Source: an uncultured virus (IMG/VR IMGVR_UViG_3300048597_000249) (lineage: Duplodnaviria > Heunggongvirae > Uroviricota > Caudoviricetes). Taken from it: a stretch of DNA of 64,000 nucleotides. The stretch lies in IMG/VR virus record IMGVR_UViG_3300048597_000249; one strand, given 5' to 3'. The notes under the pieces were generated by a model. The model was not told the DNA's origin. It ran no database searches and saw only the letters and a program-made list of their open reading frames with translations. The position numbers were made by a program, and so were the translations under genes. Below, one piece after another: positions 10,207 to 19,077 of this stretch (position 1 is the stretch's first letter; each line of letters begins with the position of its first letter).

Positions 10207-11522
10207 GGTTAGAAACAGTTGGCATAAATCTGTAAAAAATAGTAGAATCTAGTAGTAATGGTTGCACAGCGTAATTCCATGAGACAAGTTGAACGAACAA
10301 ACATTAAGCTATCAAGTGCCTACTTCTCCACCGTGGACGTATTGTCGTGGAAGGCAAAGAATTTATACAACTTAGCTAATTACCACATCAGACAGAAGTT
10401 CTTTGAGTCTGGTGGATATATTGGATTCTTTGACCTTTATCACCTACTGAAGGCGACAGAGGCATATTTGGACTTACCCACAAAGGTGTCTAAGCAGATA
10501 GTTAAACGTGTTGCACAGACTTGGAAAGGCTATTTAGCTGCACACAAAGATTGGAAGCGTAATCCACATAAATACCTAGGAGAACCAAAGATTCCTGGTT
10601 ACTTGGATAAGGAGAAAGGGCGTTATCTTGTCCCGTATCCTATTGATGCTATCAGCCGTCCTGCACTTAGAGAAGGATACATCAAGCCGTCTATGACGGA
10701 GATGTTTATCCCTACTCAAGTCAGAGACGTTAAAGTCTGTGAGGTGCGCTTTGTACCTAAGATAGACTGCTACGTTATGGAGGTTGTGTACGAGGTAGAA
10801 GACAAGGAGCTTGCCGAAGATAACGGCGTAGTTGCTGGATTAGACCTTGGGCTAAACAATCTGTGTACAGTAGCTACCAATCGTTCCGATGTTGCTCCTC
10901 TTATCGTTAATGGTAAAGGACTAAAGTCTCTAAACCAGTTTTACAACAAGACTAAAGCTAACATCCAATCCAAGTTAAATGGGAAGCGTAAATCCTCTGC
11001 AAGGTTGCGCCTATTAACCCAGAAAAGAAACCAGCGAGTAGAGTCTGCCCTGCATCAAGCTAGTAGAAAGGTAATTGACTATTGTGTCGAGAACCAAGTA
11101 ACGACGCTTGTAGTGGGCTACAACAGCTTGTGGAAACAAGAGATTAACATCGGTAAGCGTAACAACCAACAGTTTACTCAAATCCCGCATCGTAAACTAA
11201 TAGACCAAATTACATACAAGGCAGCGCTAGCTGGCATCAAGGTAATAGAGACAGAGGAAAGCTACACCAGCAAATGCTCTGCCTATGACCTAGAGCCAAT
11301 CAAGAAGCATAAGTCCTATATAGGTCGTCGTGTTAAGCGTGGGTTGTTTAAGACCGCAACTGGATTGTTGGTTAACGCCGACGTTAATGGTGCGCTAAAT
11401 TGCATCTTAAAAGTATTCAGCAACGACGTAATGTCCGAGTTGATAGGGGTCCAACCGTTGCGCCCTAGAGTGGTTAACCCAATCTAAAAACATTACCTCG
11501 TATTTCTACAGGTTTTGTGAAC
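10207..11522 (+). mobile_element. Non-autonomous TnpB-only insertion element (IS607-like or IS200/IS605-like)
   Basis: Boundaries defined by the interrupted gene; GGT present at both junctions; visibly more GC-rich than flanks; no TnpA. Confidence 0.75.
10258..11487 (+). CDS. tnpB: RNA-guided endonuclease TnpB (rearranged RuvC-II type)
   Basis: RuvC-I GLDLGLNN; VVGYN at the canonical RuvC-II position with EESYTS downstream; RuvC-III NADVNGALN. Confidence 0.9.
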   Translation: MVAQRNSMRQVERTNIKLSSAYFSTVDVLSWKAKNLYNLANYHIRQKFFESGGYIGFFDLYHLLKATEAYLDLPTKVSKQIVKRVAQTWKGYLAAHKDWKRNPHKYLGEPKIPGYLDKEKGRYLVPYPIDAISRPALREGYIKPSMTEMFIPTQVRDVKVCEVRFVPKIDCYVMEVVYEVEDKELAEDNGVVAGLDLGLNNLCTVATNRSDVAPLIVNGKGLKSLNQFYNKTKANIQSKLNGKRKSSARLRLLTQKRNQRVESALHQASRKVIDYCVENQVTTLVVGYNSLWKQEINIGKRNNQQFTQIPHRKLIDQITYKAALAGIKVIETEESYTSKCSAYDLEPIKKHKSYIGRRVKRGLFKTATGLLVNADVNGALNCILKVFSNDVMSELIGVQPLRPRVVNPI

Positions 11523-11725
11523 GGTATAATACTGTCGTGACTTACGAAGATAATGAAAAAATTGTTGTAGAACGGGAGTTAACTTGTGATTAACATGGTT
11601 GCGAAAGATAACGATCCAAACTGGTACGAGCCAGTAATCATCGTACCAATTGCTGATTTGCAAGAAAAATTTGAACCTGTACACATTGAGCCAATAGTGC
11701 TTGAGATTGAAACATTTGTAGAATT

Positions 11726-12508
11726 ATGAGCAAAGATAATCTTGGGGATCGCATAAAAAGTTACGAATGCAATGCAAGGTTTATGCCGCAATTACCTATA
11801 ATTATTCGCATCGATGGCAAATGCTTCAGTCGTTTTACAAATGGTTTAGAACGACCCTATGACCAACGATTCATAGATTTAATGGTTGAGACTACTAAGT
11901 TTTTGGTTCAATCTGTTAACGCCAAAATTGGCTATACACAATCTGACGAAATTAGCTTAGTTGTCTATGAAGCAGATCCATTAGTTGAGCTACCATTCGG
12001 GGGTAAAAAACAAAAACTAATTTCGATATTGGCTTCTGAAGCAACTGCTAAGTTTAACAAATTACGACCGATATATTTACCAGATTATAATTTGAAAACC
12101 GTAGCAACATTTGATTGTCGAGCATTTCAAGTTCCGACAACTGAAGAAGCTGCTAACGCTATATTATGGCGAGAACAAGACGCTACTAAAAATGCAGTGT
12201 CTATGGCGGCAAGAGCATATTTTTCACACAACGAGATAATGGGTAAAAATTCTGGCGAACTACAAGAAATGTTGTGGTCAAAATGTGGTATTAATTTCAA
12301 TGATTACCCTACTTGTTTTAAACGGGGAACTTTTGTGCGACGACAATTAAAGTTGATGAAACCTAGTGAAATGAATTACATTCCTGAAAAATATCGTCCT
12401 ACAACCCCGATTAAACGTCATGTAGTGGATGTGGTAGATATGCCAATTTTTAGCAAAGTTAATAACCGTGTTGATGTTGTTGTAAATGGGGCAGATCCTA
12501 ACCTATGA
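11726..12508 (+). CDS. thg1: tRNA(His) guanylyltransferase Thg1-like protein
   Basis: IIRIDGKCFSRFT, YTQSDEISL, FDCRAF, WREQDATKN, FKRGT motifs. Confidence 0.92.
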   Translation: MSKDNLGDRIKSYECNARFMPQLPIIIRIDGKCFSRFTNGLERPYDQRFIDLMVETTKFLVQSVNAKIGYTQSDEISLVVYEADPLVELPFGGKKQKLISILASEATAKFNKLRPIYLPDYNLKTVATFDCRAFQVPTTEEAANAILWREQDATKNAVSMAARAYFSHNEIMGKNSGELQEMLWSKCGINFNDYPTCFKRGTFVRRQLKLMKPSEMNYIPEKYRPTTPIKRHVVDVVDMPIFSKVNNRVDVVVNGADPNL

Positions 12509-12720
12509 ATAATTGTTATATCACCTGCGAGGATCGTTTTCGTTACTATTTGATGACCAGTGAAGAAGCGTATGATTTATTTGGCGACGACTGGTTAGAA
12601 GACATGGGTAGCGAAGTACCTCAAGATTTAATTGACAAGTGGATTAAGCTCAATACAGAAATTTTAGAAATAGAAGAACAATTAGAACAATATAAAAAAG
12701 AATCGGATAAACGGTGGTGA
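12505..12720 (+). CDS. Hypothetical protein (paralog of 14070-14279)
   Basis: MNNCYIT.ED.FRYYLM...EVPQ.LIDKWIKLN shared. Confidence 0.7.
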   Translation: MNNCYITCEDRFRYYLMTSEEAYDLFGDDWLEDMGSEVPQDLIDKWIKLNTEILEIEEQLEQYKKESDKRW

Positions 12721-13160
12721 AAAATACAATGAATAATTTATCGATACCAGTTCCATTTCATTTAAAACTTGCTATCGTCGATTTAATTGGAGCATATGAG
12801 GCGTGTATTATTGATGACGAACCACGTAATCATAATTGGGATGGGCATAAACAAACTATTTTAGATTTGTTGGCTAATTATCCGTTTTTAGAGGAATTAG
12901 ATAACGATGAAATTGATTAAAGATTACATCAACAAACGAGTGTTGCAAGAAATTTATGAAGTAACAACATTAGCTTGCGAAAAAATAATAATGAAAGATT
13001 TTATCGTTGCGGCGAATTGTAACAAAGCTAGTGAATTATATGACGAATTACGCTTAAAATTATTGGAGTTTGATAAAGTTGCGACTAGTTTGGATGAATG
13101 TTTGTTAGCTGACGAACGTTGTGAAAAATTTGGCGAATAATACTTTTTCAACCAAAAAGA

Positions 13161-13529
13161 GTGATAATTATGTCGAAAACAAAAAGAAAATATCTTGATG
13201 GTATGTCTCTGAAAAAGAATGCATTAGAAAAACAAGCTAAACAAGATCGAGAGAAATTAAAACGAGAGTTTATTACTAACGGCGAAAAGATTAATATTCG
13301 TCATAATCTACCAGAATCTTGGGATGATCGTCCTATTGCGGCGTTGAGTGAAACAAAACATATTTGGAAAAATGGTGTCGAAATAAAAAAAGAAGAAGAT
13401 TATTATAATGTTTATTTTATAAACAACTTTGTAGTTAATCTTGATTATGAACAATTGAAAATGTTTCCTTGGACTGCATTTCTACCGATCGATGCGCCAC
13501 CAAATTTGGCGGATTTTAAGCTGGTATAA
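13161..13529 (+). CDS. Hypothetical protein
   Basis: 122-aa ORF. Confidence 0.55.
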   Translation: MIIMSKTKRKYLDGMSLKKNALEKQAKQDREKLKREFITNGEKINIRHNLPESWDDRPIAALSETKHIWKNGVEIKKEEDYYNVYFINNFVVNLDYEQLKMFPWTAFLPIDAPPNLADFKLV

Positions 13530-13649
13530 TAACTACGCTTTGCTCGTTCTTTTCCCTGTGACAAGGTTGGTTAGCCACCGTAAAACTTTGCTCCGTTGTG
13601 TGTGACAGTTTCGCAATTGTCACATTTCTTTTATACTTGAGAATGTTTT

Positions 13650-13973
13650 ATGTATTTGTGTAATTATATTGACTTACTAAAAAAGTATGATCCTAATCAA
13701 GTATTACCCATTGGTTTGGGTAATCCACATTCTTGGCGAGGTAGTTATTATGAGTTAGCATTTGAACCAGTTCAAAATATTTCGATTGGTGAAATGTTAG
13801 AAACTGCCGGACGGTGTATTGGTCGGACATTTTCAGGATGGAAAGGGGGTGATTTTGAAATGCATGAATATACCACCATACACATCGATTGGGAAGGAAC
13901 ATGTGAAGGGATGGGCTTGTTGTTGTTTGTTCGTCTTTTAGCTGGTGACGATATTTCTGATATATTCATTTAA
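13650..13973 (+). CDS. Conserved hypothetical phage protein
   Basis: GNPHSWRGSYYELAFEP...GWKGGDF motif. Confidence 0.65.
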   Translation: MYLCNYIDLLKKYDPNQVLPIGLGNPHSWRGSYYELAFEPVQNISIGEMLETAGRCIGRTFSGWKGGDFEMHEYTTIHIDWEGTCEGMGLLLFVRLLAGDDISDIFI

Positions 13974-14069
13974 AAAATAATCATCAACTTATCGACGCAC
14001 AAGCAGAAGTTACTAACAACGTAATAGATTACATCATTATCAAACTGAATAATCGAAAAATTACATTAA

Positions 14070-14279
14070 ATGAATAATTGCTACATAACTTACGAAGATT
14101 GTTTCCGATATTATCTAATGCCTGCTGATAGTGTGTGTGATAGTTTTGGAGAGCATTTTTTAATGGAATATGGTTTTGAAGTACCGCAAAAATTAATCGA
14201 CAAGTGGATTAAACTTAATGACCAAATGATGGAGTTAGAAGACGAATTGCAAAGATATATGAAAAACAACGATGAATAA
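14070..14279 (+). CDS. Hypothetical protein (paralog of 12505-12720)
   Basis: Direct comparison of the two translations. Confidence 0.7.
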   Translation: MNNCYITYEDCFRYYLMPADSVCDSFGEHFLMEYGFEVPQKLIDKWIKLNDQMMELEDELQRYMKNNDE

Positions 14280-14379
14280 TAACTCGTCCGCAATGACGTA
14301 AAACTATCTTCGCTTCGCTCGATCACGCTCGTCTAAATATAACTGTTTACTGGCGCATTTTTTAGTGCGCCTTTTTTTC

Positions 14380-14883
14380 ATGCAATCTCAAATCGTATTC
14401 TCTTTCCTCGAACAACAACAACTTCTCGTTCCTTTTCTGCGCCAACCTAAAGTGTTGGAAGACTTCACCAAAGAAGAACTTCTAGTTTTGGTTGAAAAAT
14501 TTGTCAATCCGCAAAATGTATCCTACGATACCGCAAAAAATGTGCCACTTGATGGTATTGTGGAACCTGTAGTTGAGCAAAATAACAACGTAGTAATCAA
14601 TAATGAAATTCGCACCAAAACAATTAAACTATCTCTTCAAGAAACCTATGATCGTTTAGTTAATGAAGGTATCACCAGTCGTCAAGGTAACGGAAAACAA
14701 ATTGTAAATTTGGTAGCAACTGAACTTGGTTTGGTTGAAAAATATTACAGTCATCCCACTCAAGCTTGTTATCGTCCCACTAAGCAAGGTGAAAAAGTTG
14801 GTATCACGAGGAAATCACAATTTGCTGTTTGGTATTCGCTAGAAGCATATGAAATTATTAAAGCTGATTTGTTAAGAAAATAA
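14380..14883 (+). CDS. Putative DNA-binding protein (antirepressor C-terminal-like winged helix)
   Basis: VN....ELGL.EK....YRPTKQGEK pattern; ATG 14380 preferred to GTG 14365. Confidence 0.4.
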   Translation: MQSQIVFSFLEQQQLLVPFLRQPKVLEDFTKEELLVLVEKFVNPQNVSYDTAKNVPLDGIVEPVVEQNNNVVINNEIRTKTIKLSLQETYDRLVNEGITSRQGNGKQIVNLVATELGLVEKYYSHPTQACYRPTKQGEKVGITRKSQFAVWYSLEAYEIIKADLLRK

Positions 14884-15258
14884 TCATGAAAGCATATTAC
14901 GTTTTGTCGAAAAATCATGCACCTTGTTTCTTCGATGCTGATCACAGTATTGTCGAAAATATTAATGCAATACCGTTTAACAAAGAAGGAGTTTATGCTA
15001 AAGCTGTTGTTGAAGCAGATAATGAATTTCTTGCTGGTATTGAATTTGCGAGAATGAACATAGACGAAGAAGCACTTTTCGCACTAATAGATTTCGCTGT
15101 AGAGAATTCCGAAAATTATGGGGAAATACCTAGCGAATTAGCAAAGTTAATCGAAGAACTTAATCCTTTGTTACCATCGGGTAAACAATTTAAAGAAGGA
15201 ACTGACTATTTTGTAGATTAAATAATTCGGCGCAATATAACAGATACATACAGACTGT

Positions 15259-15648
15259 ATGTATTTTTTCAAACAAAAAGAGGAAATTATGGTCAGCGAA
15301 AATTTCGAGTTAGATTTGTCTTATTTTTACGGTACCGAGCACTGGTATCGTCATCCCATCTATCAGTCTGTAACCTATACAGATGGTGTAAAATACGTTG
15401 CTGAAAAATGCGATGCGTATTGGTTGGTTGATTTATTTTGTTCAACTTACGTTACTTACGCCAAACAACATTATTTTCAAACTTATGATTTAGTGGTTGA
15501 CTTAGCGCAAAAATCAGCAGTAATTAATGTTGGTGATGGTAACGGCGAAATGATTACTACTATTGGTGTTGAATATACTGACTTTCCGGTTGAAAACATC
15601 ACAATTTGGGGAGTTGATAACGTTTTGTTGTTGCCGAGTGAATATTAA
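15259..15648 (+). CDS. DUF6876-like protein
   Basis: FYGTEHWYRH...YTDGVKYVAE...AYWLVD...YTDFP...LLLPSEY. Confidence 0.7.
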   Translation: MYFFKQKEEIMVSENFELDLSYFYGTEHWYRHPIYQSVTYTDGVKYVAEKCDAYWLVDLFCSTYVTYAKQHYFQTYDLVVDLAQKSAVINVGDGNGEMITTIGVEYTDFPVENITIWGVDNVLLLPSEY

Positions 15649-15903
15649 AAAATATTGTTTATGCTTGTTTCAAAAAAAGAAATGGTTGATTATCTCAATA
15701 ATTATTGGGAAAATTATGCTTTTACCACACATAATTATCAAAATAAACCTATGTGTTTACAATTTACTTGCTCTGGAAAGTATCGAATAACGGTGGATTA
15801 CAATGTTGTTTATGAAACAGATGTTATTGATGACGTAATAGCTAAATACAATAATATGTTGAAAACATATTAAACGCAATTAGTTGTTCTTTTTTTTATT
15901 ACC

Positions 15904-16101
15904 GTGTCTAAACTTCAAGTGATTTATGGCGGATTCGCCGCTATTTTGTTTTATTCGGCGTATCTTTTTGCACAAGATTTTGCGCAAACCCATAACTTTC
16001 TTCAAACATACATGCATCAATGGTCTGATTTGCGGTTATGGTTATTGTCGCCGTTAACTGCATATTTAACTTTTCAATGGATGAAAGAGGAAAATGTCTA
16101 A
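15904..16101 (+). CDS. Small membrane protein (paralog of 4572-4775)
   Basis: Hydrophobic segments and shared motif. Confidence 0.6.
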   Translation: MSKLQVIYGGFAAILFYSAYLFAQDFAQTHNFLQTYMHQWSDLRLWLLSPLTAYLTFQWMKEENV

Positions 16102-16560
16102 TTTAATTGAAATCGATTGGTATTATGCCGATCCAAATACTGGCGAAGTTTTTATTGAAGATGGTGATCTAATCCGTCCTGCTGTTTTATCTGATTTTTT
16201 AACTGGCTTTGAGTATGAATCATGAAATTCTAGTGTGTGCTTGCGGCAATACCGAACATCAAATTATTTTTTCAACGGTTGATGATACACAATTTGGTAA
16301 AGATCCATTTGTTTATGTATCTGTTGGATTGCGCCGAAATCATAATATTTTGATGCGTTTATTTTTGGCGATTAAATATGTTTTGGGACTTCCTGTCAAT
16401 TCGGCGTATTGTTTCGATATTGTTGTCGATGAACATGGTCAGCAACAATTTATTGATGTGATGTCAAAAAAGTTAAATAGTTAATCTTTCGCAGTTATGG
16501 GTCTGCGAAGTAAATAAAAAACCAGATCATCTTTGTTTTTTTTCACTTTTGGTATTAATT

Positions 16561-16854
16561 ATGTCTAACGAATTTTTTGAGTTTGTTGCCGAAGATGTTG
16601 CGTTGCTCGATGAGCAGGATGTACAAACCATTGACGAGCAAGATGAAATTGTTCTTCGTTATGGTACAGAAATGATTGCGCTACCCTATGTCGATGGTGC
16701 TTCTATGTCTCATTATCTCGCTCAGTTGATCGAACAAGGTGTCGATACTTCCGCTGTAAACGTCAAATACGAAGGACAATATGTGTCTCCTTCGTCTGTA
16801 CCCAAAGTTGGTGGTGTATATTCGCTCTCTAAAACCTTAGACGCAAAAGGTTAA
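16561..16854 (+). CDS. Prokaryotic ubiquitin-like (beta-grasp) protein with acidic N-terminal extension
   Basis: 97 aa from ATG 16561, ends ...YSLSKTLDAKG* (C-terminal Gly); first gene of the E2-JAB-E1 cluster. Confidence 0.7.
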   Translation: MSNEFFEFVAEDVALLDEQDVQTIDEQDEIVLRYGTEMIALPYVDGASMSHYLAQLIEQGVDTSAVNVKYEGQYVSPSSVPKVGGVYSLSKTLDAKG

Positions 16855-16880
16855 TTAATAATCGTTCATGTAGTTTATTG

Positions 16881-16903
16881 GGGGTATTAAATACCCCTTT
16901 TTT
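16881..16903 (+). terminator. Terminator/attenuator hairpin between Ubl and E2 genes
   Basis: GGGGTAT-TAA-ATACCCC followed by TTTTTT. Confidence 0.55.
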
Positions 16904-16905
16904 AA

Positions 16906-18171
16906 ATGTATTACAAAGTGTATGATTTGATTCCAGAATTACAACATTATCTGGGTATTGATAATGGTTTGGAAGCTATTATTGCGCGAGAACCTGCTGG
17001 TAGTAAAATTATCAATGTTTCGCCAAAGTTAATCGAAGAAGCTAATCGAGAATATTGCAACGGTTGTTCAAAATTTACTACGAAACACCGCATTAACGAA
17101 GAGGTTAAAGATGTTTACATTAAATTCTTAACAATGAATCCACCGCTTTTGGTTAAAATGGCGGCAAAATACTTGGATAAAATAGATGTTATTAAATATC
17201 TGCGAAGACAAGATTATGGGGGTCGTTATGGTTTTTTACTTGAAAGAGTTAATAAGTTTAACAACAACTCTTACATCTCCTATTGGTTGAATGGTAATTT
17301 AACAGACGAACAGTTGATTAATAAAATTACCAATGCTGGTTGTGTGTTATTGGGGCAATTATTAAATGAGTTAGATTCATTTTCAACTTATTTATTTAAC
17401 AAAGTTGGTAATTATTACGAAACTAACGATTATTGTTACGGATTTAGTTGTCAAGATATGTGGAGCGAAGAACAATTAACGCAATATAAAAACAATAAAA
17501 CTTGTGCAAATAAATTTTCCACATATCCTTCAACAATAAAAATTAATCATCCTGATTTGTTGTGGGTGTTTGATATTGATGACAATGATTTTTACGTAGT
17601 CGATGAAGATGAGCAAAGTCCATTACACTTTCCTAATGTGCATAATAACGGTGAAATTTGTTTTGGATATGTGGACAGACCAAATTCACCTAAAGAAATG
17701 ATTAATACATTTTGGGGTAGTCATTTTAACAAAGATTTAACTATTAAAAGTGACTACATTAACGAATATGTTGATGAATATAACTTAGATGAAGATTATT
17801 ATCGACCAGATGATTTTGATCCCGAATACGACTATAACTACGAAGGTGTATTACGTGCGCAAGATTGGTTTGAAATTATGCCGAATATAGCTTTTTCAGA
17901 CCAAAAAGTACATGTTGAAAATAATATGAGTTGCGACTGGGAGAAAATTGATTTTAGTTATTACTACGCAGTACCAGAGAATACCCAAAAGTTATTAATC
18001 ATTTACGGTGTTCCTGAAGTGTTGAGTAATTATCGTAATAGTAGTTATTTGTTTGTAATTAACGAAACCGCAGATGATTATATTTGTAATTTTCATGCTG
18101 ATTTAACCGAAGAAGATAGTGCTGTAAATGTTGTAAAAATCAACAAAGAAAAATTAGAAAACCATGAATAA
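16906..18171 (+). CDS. Prokaryotic E2-like ubiquitin-conjugating protein (Prok-E2 family D / PRTRC-B-like)
   Basis: PLHFPNVHNNGEICFG (catalytic Cys) and FWGSHFNKDL motifs. Confidence 0.75.
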   Translation: MYYKVYDLIPELQHYLGIDNGLEAIIAREPAGSKIINVSPKLIEEANREYCNGCSKFTTKHRINEEVKDVYIKFLTMNPPLLVKMAAKYLDKIDVIKYLRRQDYGGRYGFLLERVNKFNNNSYISYWLNGNLTDEQLINKITNAGCVLLGQLLNELDSFSTYLFNKVGNYYETNDYCYGFSCQDMWSEEQLTQYKNNKTCANKFSTYPSTIKINHPDLLWVFDIDDNDFYVVDEDEQSPLHFPNVHNNGEICFGYVDRPNSPKEMINTFWGSHFNKDLTIKSDYINEYVDEYNLDEDYYRPDDFDPEYDYNYEGVLRAQDWFEIMPNIAFSDQKVHVENNMSCDWEKIDFSYYYAVPENTQKLLIIYGVPEVLSNYRNSSYLFVINETADDYICNFHADLTEEDSAVNVVKINKEKLENHE

Positions 18172-19069
18172 GTTTTATCGGACAAAACAAGGTTGTTATG
18201 GTTTAGTTAACAATCCTTATTGGGGGCGTTATTATCGTACTGTGCCAGACCCCGCTGGTGTTGAAGTGCCGGATTGTATCGATGATTTTATGTTGGCGGA
18301 TAATTTCGCCAAAATGCCTGCTAAATTGTTGTATGCAATAGTTAACTTTTTCCGACGGTTTGAAAAAAAGAATATTGAAGCACAAGTTATTCTTTTGCGT
18401 GGCGAAATTGATGTCACGCAATGGGATGTGGTTGTGCCGTTACAGACTGTGAGTGGTGCTAGTGTCAACAGCAACGCTAAATCGCTCTGTAATTTGTTTA
18501 CCGGCGAAATGATGAGTGAATACCCAAGTGGTTGGGTTTATGCGGGAACGATGCACTTACATCCTGGTGTGCTCGATGCTTATTGGTCTTCGGTTGATGA
18601 TCGCAATGAATTAAATAACCCTGGTATGCACTGCACTATTGGTCGTGTTAGTGAAAATAAATTTAACATTTGTTGTTCTATTTGTTTAAGGGGTAATCGC
18701 TATGTGTTTGCGCCAGATTTATTAATTGACGATGTTTTTCTTCTCGCCGAAAACAAACAGAACAGCACGTTATTGTATGTTGACGATAATATTCCTGCAA
18801 TTTCGCCGAAAGCTTACGAGCAGGTTAAAGAGTATAGTTATGTCAAAATCGGCGCAAAAACAAGCATAACTCCAAAAATCTTACCAGATGTTAAATTATC
18901 CGGTTATGAATATTGGTGGGATACTGGTTTGTACAACGATGATGGTTTTATTGTCGAAAAACCTGTCACTCAAGCTGAAATTCTCGCCAATATTGAGAAT
19001 TATCTTTTTTCAGCGACCCCTGATGAAGTTGACGAACTGTTTGAAAAAATTAGCACTTATTTCTTTTAG
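18164..19069 (+). CDS. JAB/MPN+ metallo-isopeptidase
   Basis: EAQV...VVPLQTVSGASV...GTMHLHPGVLDAYWSSVDDRNE fits E...HxH-x7-S-x2-D. Confidence 0.85.
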   Translation: MNKFYRTKQGCYGLVNNPYWGRYYRTVPDPAGVEVPDCIDDFMLADNFAKMPAKLLYAIVNFFRRFEKKNIEAQVILLRGEIDVTQWDVVVPLQTVSGASVNSNAKSLCNLFTGEMMSEYPSGWVYAGTMHLHPGVLDAYWSSVDDRNELNNPGMHCTIGRVSENKFNICCSICLRGNRYVFAPDLLIDDVFLLAENKQNSTLLYVDDNIPAISPKAYEQVKEYSYVKIGAKTSITPKILPDVKLSGYEYWWDTGLYNDDGFIVEKPVTQAEILANIENYLFSATPDEVDELFEKISTYFF

Positions 19070-19077
19070 ATTCTCTT

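Larger units (their letters stand above)
10125..11593 (+). pseudogene. Small phage gene split by TnpB element (parts 10125-10206 and 11523-11593)
   Basis: Joining the flanks restores the in-frame 50-aa ORF MKIVKVEFTGEDRHEKVADYFRRYHPFG|YNTVVTYEDNEKIVVERELTCD*. Confidence 0.75.
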
